Shown: one piece after another, positions 63,123 to 64,000 of the stretch | Position numbering within the stretch: the first letter of the stretch is position 1 | How the letters are laid out: the number at the start of each line of letters is the position of its first letter | Origin: Isurus oxyrinchus | Lineage: Eukaryota | Length of the DNA: 64,000 bases | Direction of reading: 5' to 3' | Assembly (NCBI GenBank): GCA_026770705.1 | Contig: JANJGN010000026.1 | Coordinates: forward strand, 39,928,001-39,992,000 | Translations under genes and position numbers: made by a program | Notes under the pieces: generated by a model | The model's input: the letters and a program-made list of their open reading frames with translations, nothing else | What the model was told of the DNA's origin: nothing | The model's database searches: none

Positions 63123-63209
63123 TCTTCTGGTCATTTGGGGAAAATGGTTCTGTCCAGAACTCAGTGAACAAACCAGCTCCCGGACTGTTGGATTCTGGCC
63201 CCAGTGAGC

Positions 63210-63300
63210 GGCACTTAAATACCCGGCAGAAGGGGGCGGGTTTCCAGGCGCCGCCTGTTAATTCTCTGGTGGAGGCGGCGACTGGATCCACGCCCCACCT
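63210..63300 (-). promoter_or_regulatory. VH promoter
   Basis: TATTTAA at 63215-63221, GC box 63232-63240, CCACGCCCC ~63288; no octamer seen upstream. Confidence 0.6.
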
Positions 63301-64000
63301 CCACATCCCCAACAGAATGGACTCAGATATTTACAATAGGTTATTGTTAAAAGTGGAAATTTTATCTGTATCGGGATATTTGGCTGAATGGATTCATTGT
63401 AATGTATCCATTGGTTCTAATGGTGAAATTGCAGTTGAGCATCTATTAATAAAAATCTAATTCCATTGTAAATTAAGTCCGTTTATTTCTACACTACTTC
63501 CTAACGGGTTGAACCTAAACAAAATATTACATTATCAGGGGAAAAAAGGGTCTATATATCACTACAATAATTAAGCGTCATCAGTTATAGGAATTATTAT
63601 TGATTTATGTAACTAAATGCAGGGGATGAACAAAGTGATTCTATTTACAGCCAGGGTGGCTATCGCTGTACAATTTGGGTCCAAAGATAAGAAGAATCTC
63701 CTCACGTTATACAATACCTCTCCTTGCATTTCTCGATCTGCCCCTGACCCAAAGACAGCCCTGTGAAAATTAGCGATAAAAGAAGCCCGCCTGCCTGATA
63801 ATTCAACAGTAAGTTTACAGACAAATGTAAAATTTACATCAACTTTTGATAAAGAAGTTAATGAATCAGAACAGTCACGGAGATCAGAAAAGTTATCCTT
63901 CAGCATCCAAATCATTGCAGCTAATTTTATTGGCCTCCCGCTGTCTACCATTCACTGGTATTGGAAACACAGGATATCAGGATTTTGCGGCATATTACAC

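Noticed and set aside
45235-63300. Alternative identity as IgW, IgNAR or a germline-joined gene
   Set aside because: Four C domains with a mu-type tailpiece, a conventional VH with WVRQ/GLEW, and separate V, D, D, J with intact RSSs indicate unrearranged IgM

Overview
Cartilaginous-fish (shark-type) genomic DNA in three zones. (1) 1-32.5 kb: a tandem C2H2 zinc-finger cluster undergoing birth-and-death turnover. It holds two apparently intact 7-finger genes (6269-6859 and 20189-20860, both minus), four pseudogenes and extra copies of a shared leader exon. CR1, L2, RTE and Penelope-like retroelements, SINEs and a decayed Ty1/copia element are interspersed. (2) 35-44 kb: about ten degenerate tRNA genes (Asn, Val, Glu, Leu, Ser, Thr). 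(3) 45.2-63.3 kb, minus strand: a complete, unrearranged IgM heavy-chain minicluster (leader, VH, D1, D2, JH, Cmu1-4 with secretory tail, TM1, TM2). Its splice sites are in phase and its RSSs are V-23 / 12-D1-22 / 12-D2-12 / 23-J. The ~9.6 kb J-C intron holds a 1.4 kb G-rich, RGYW-bearing 24-mer array in switch-region position and polarity, a stearoyl-CoA desaturase-like exon fragment, a diverged duplication next to JH, and two N gaps. Minimal hammerhead-ribozyme motifs mark the Penelope-type termini. All family calls come from motif recognition by eye; no searches were run.
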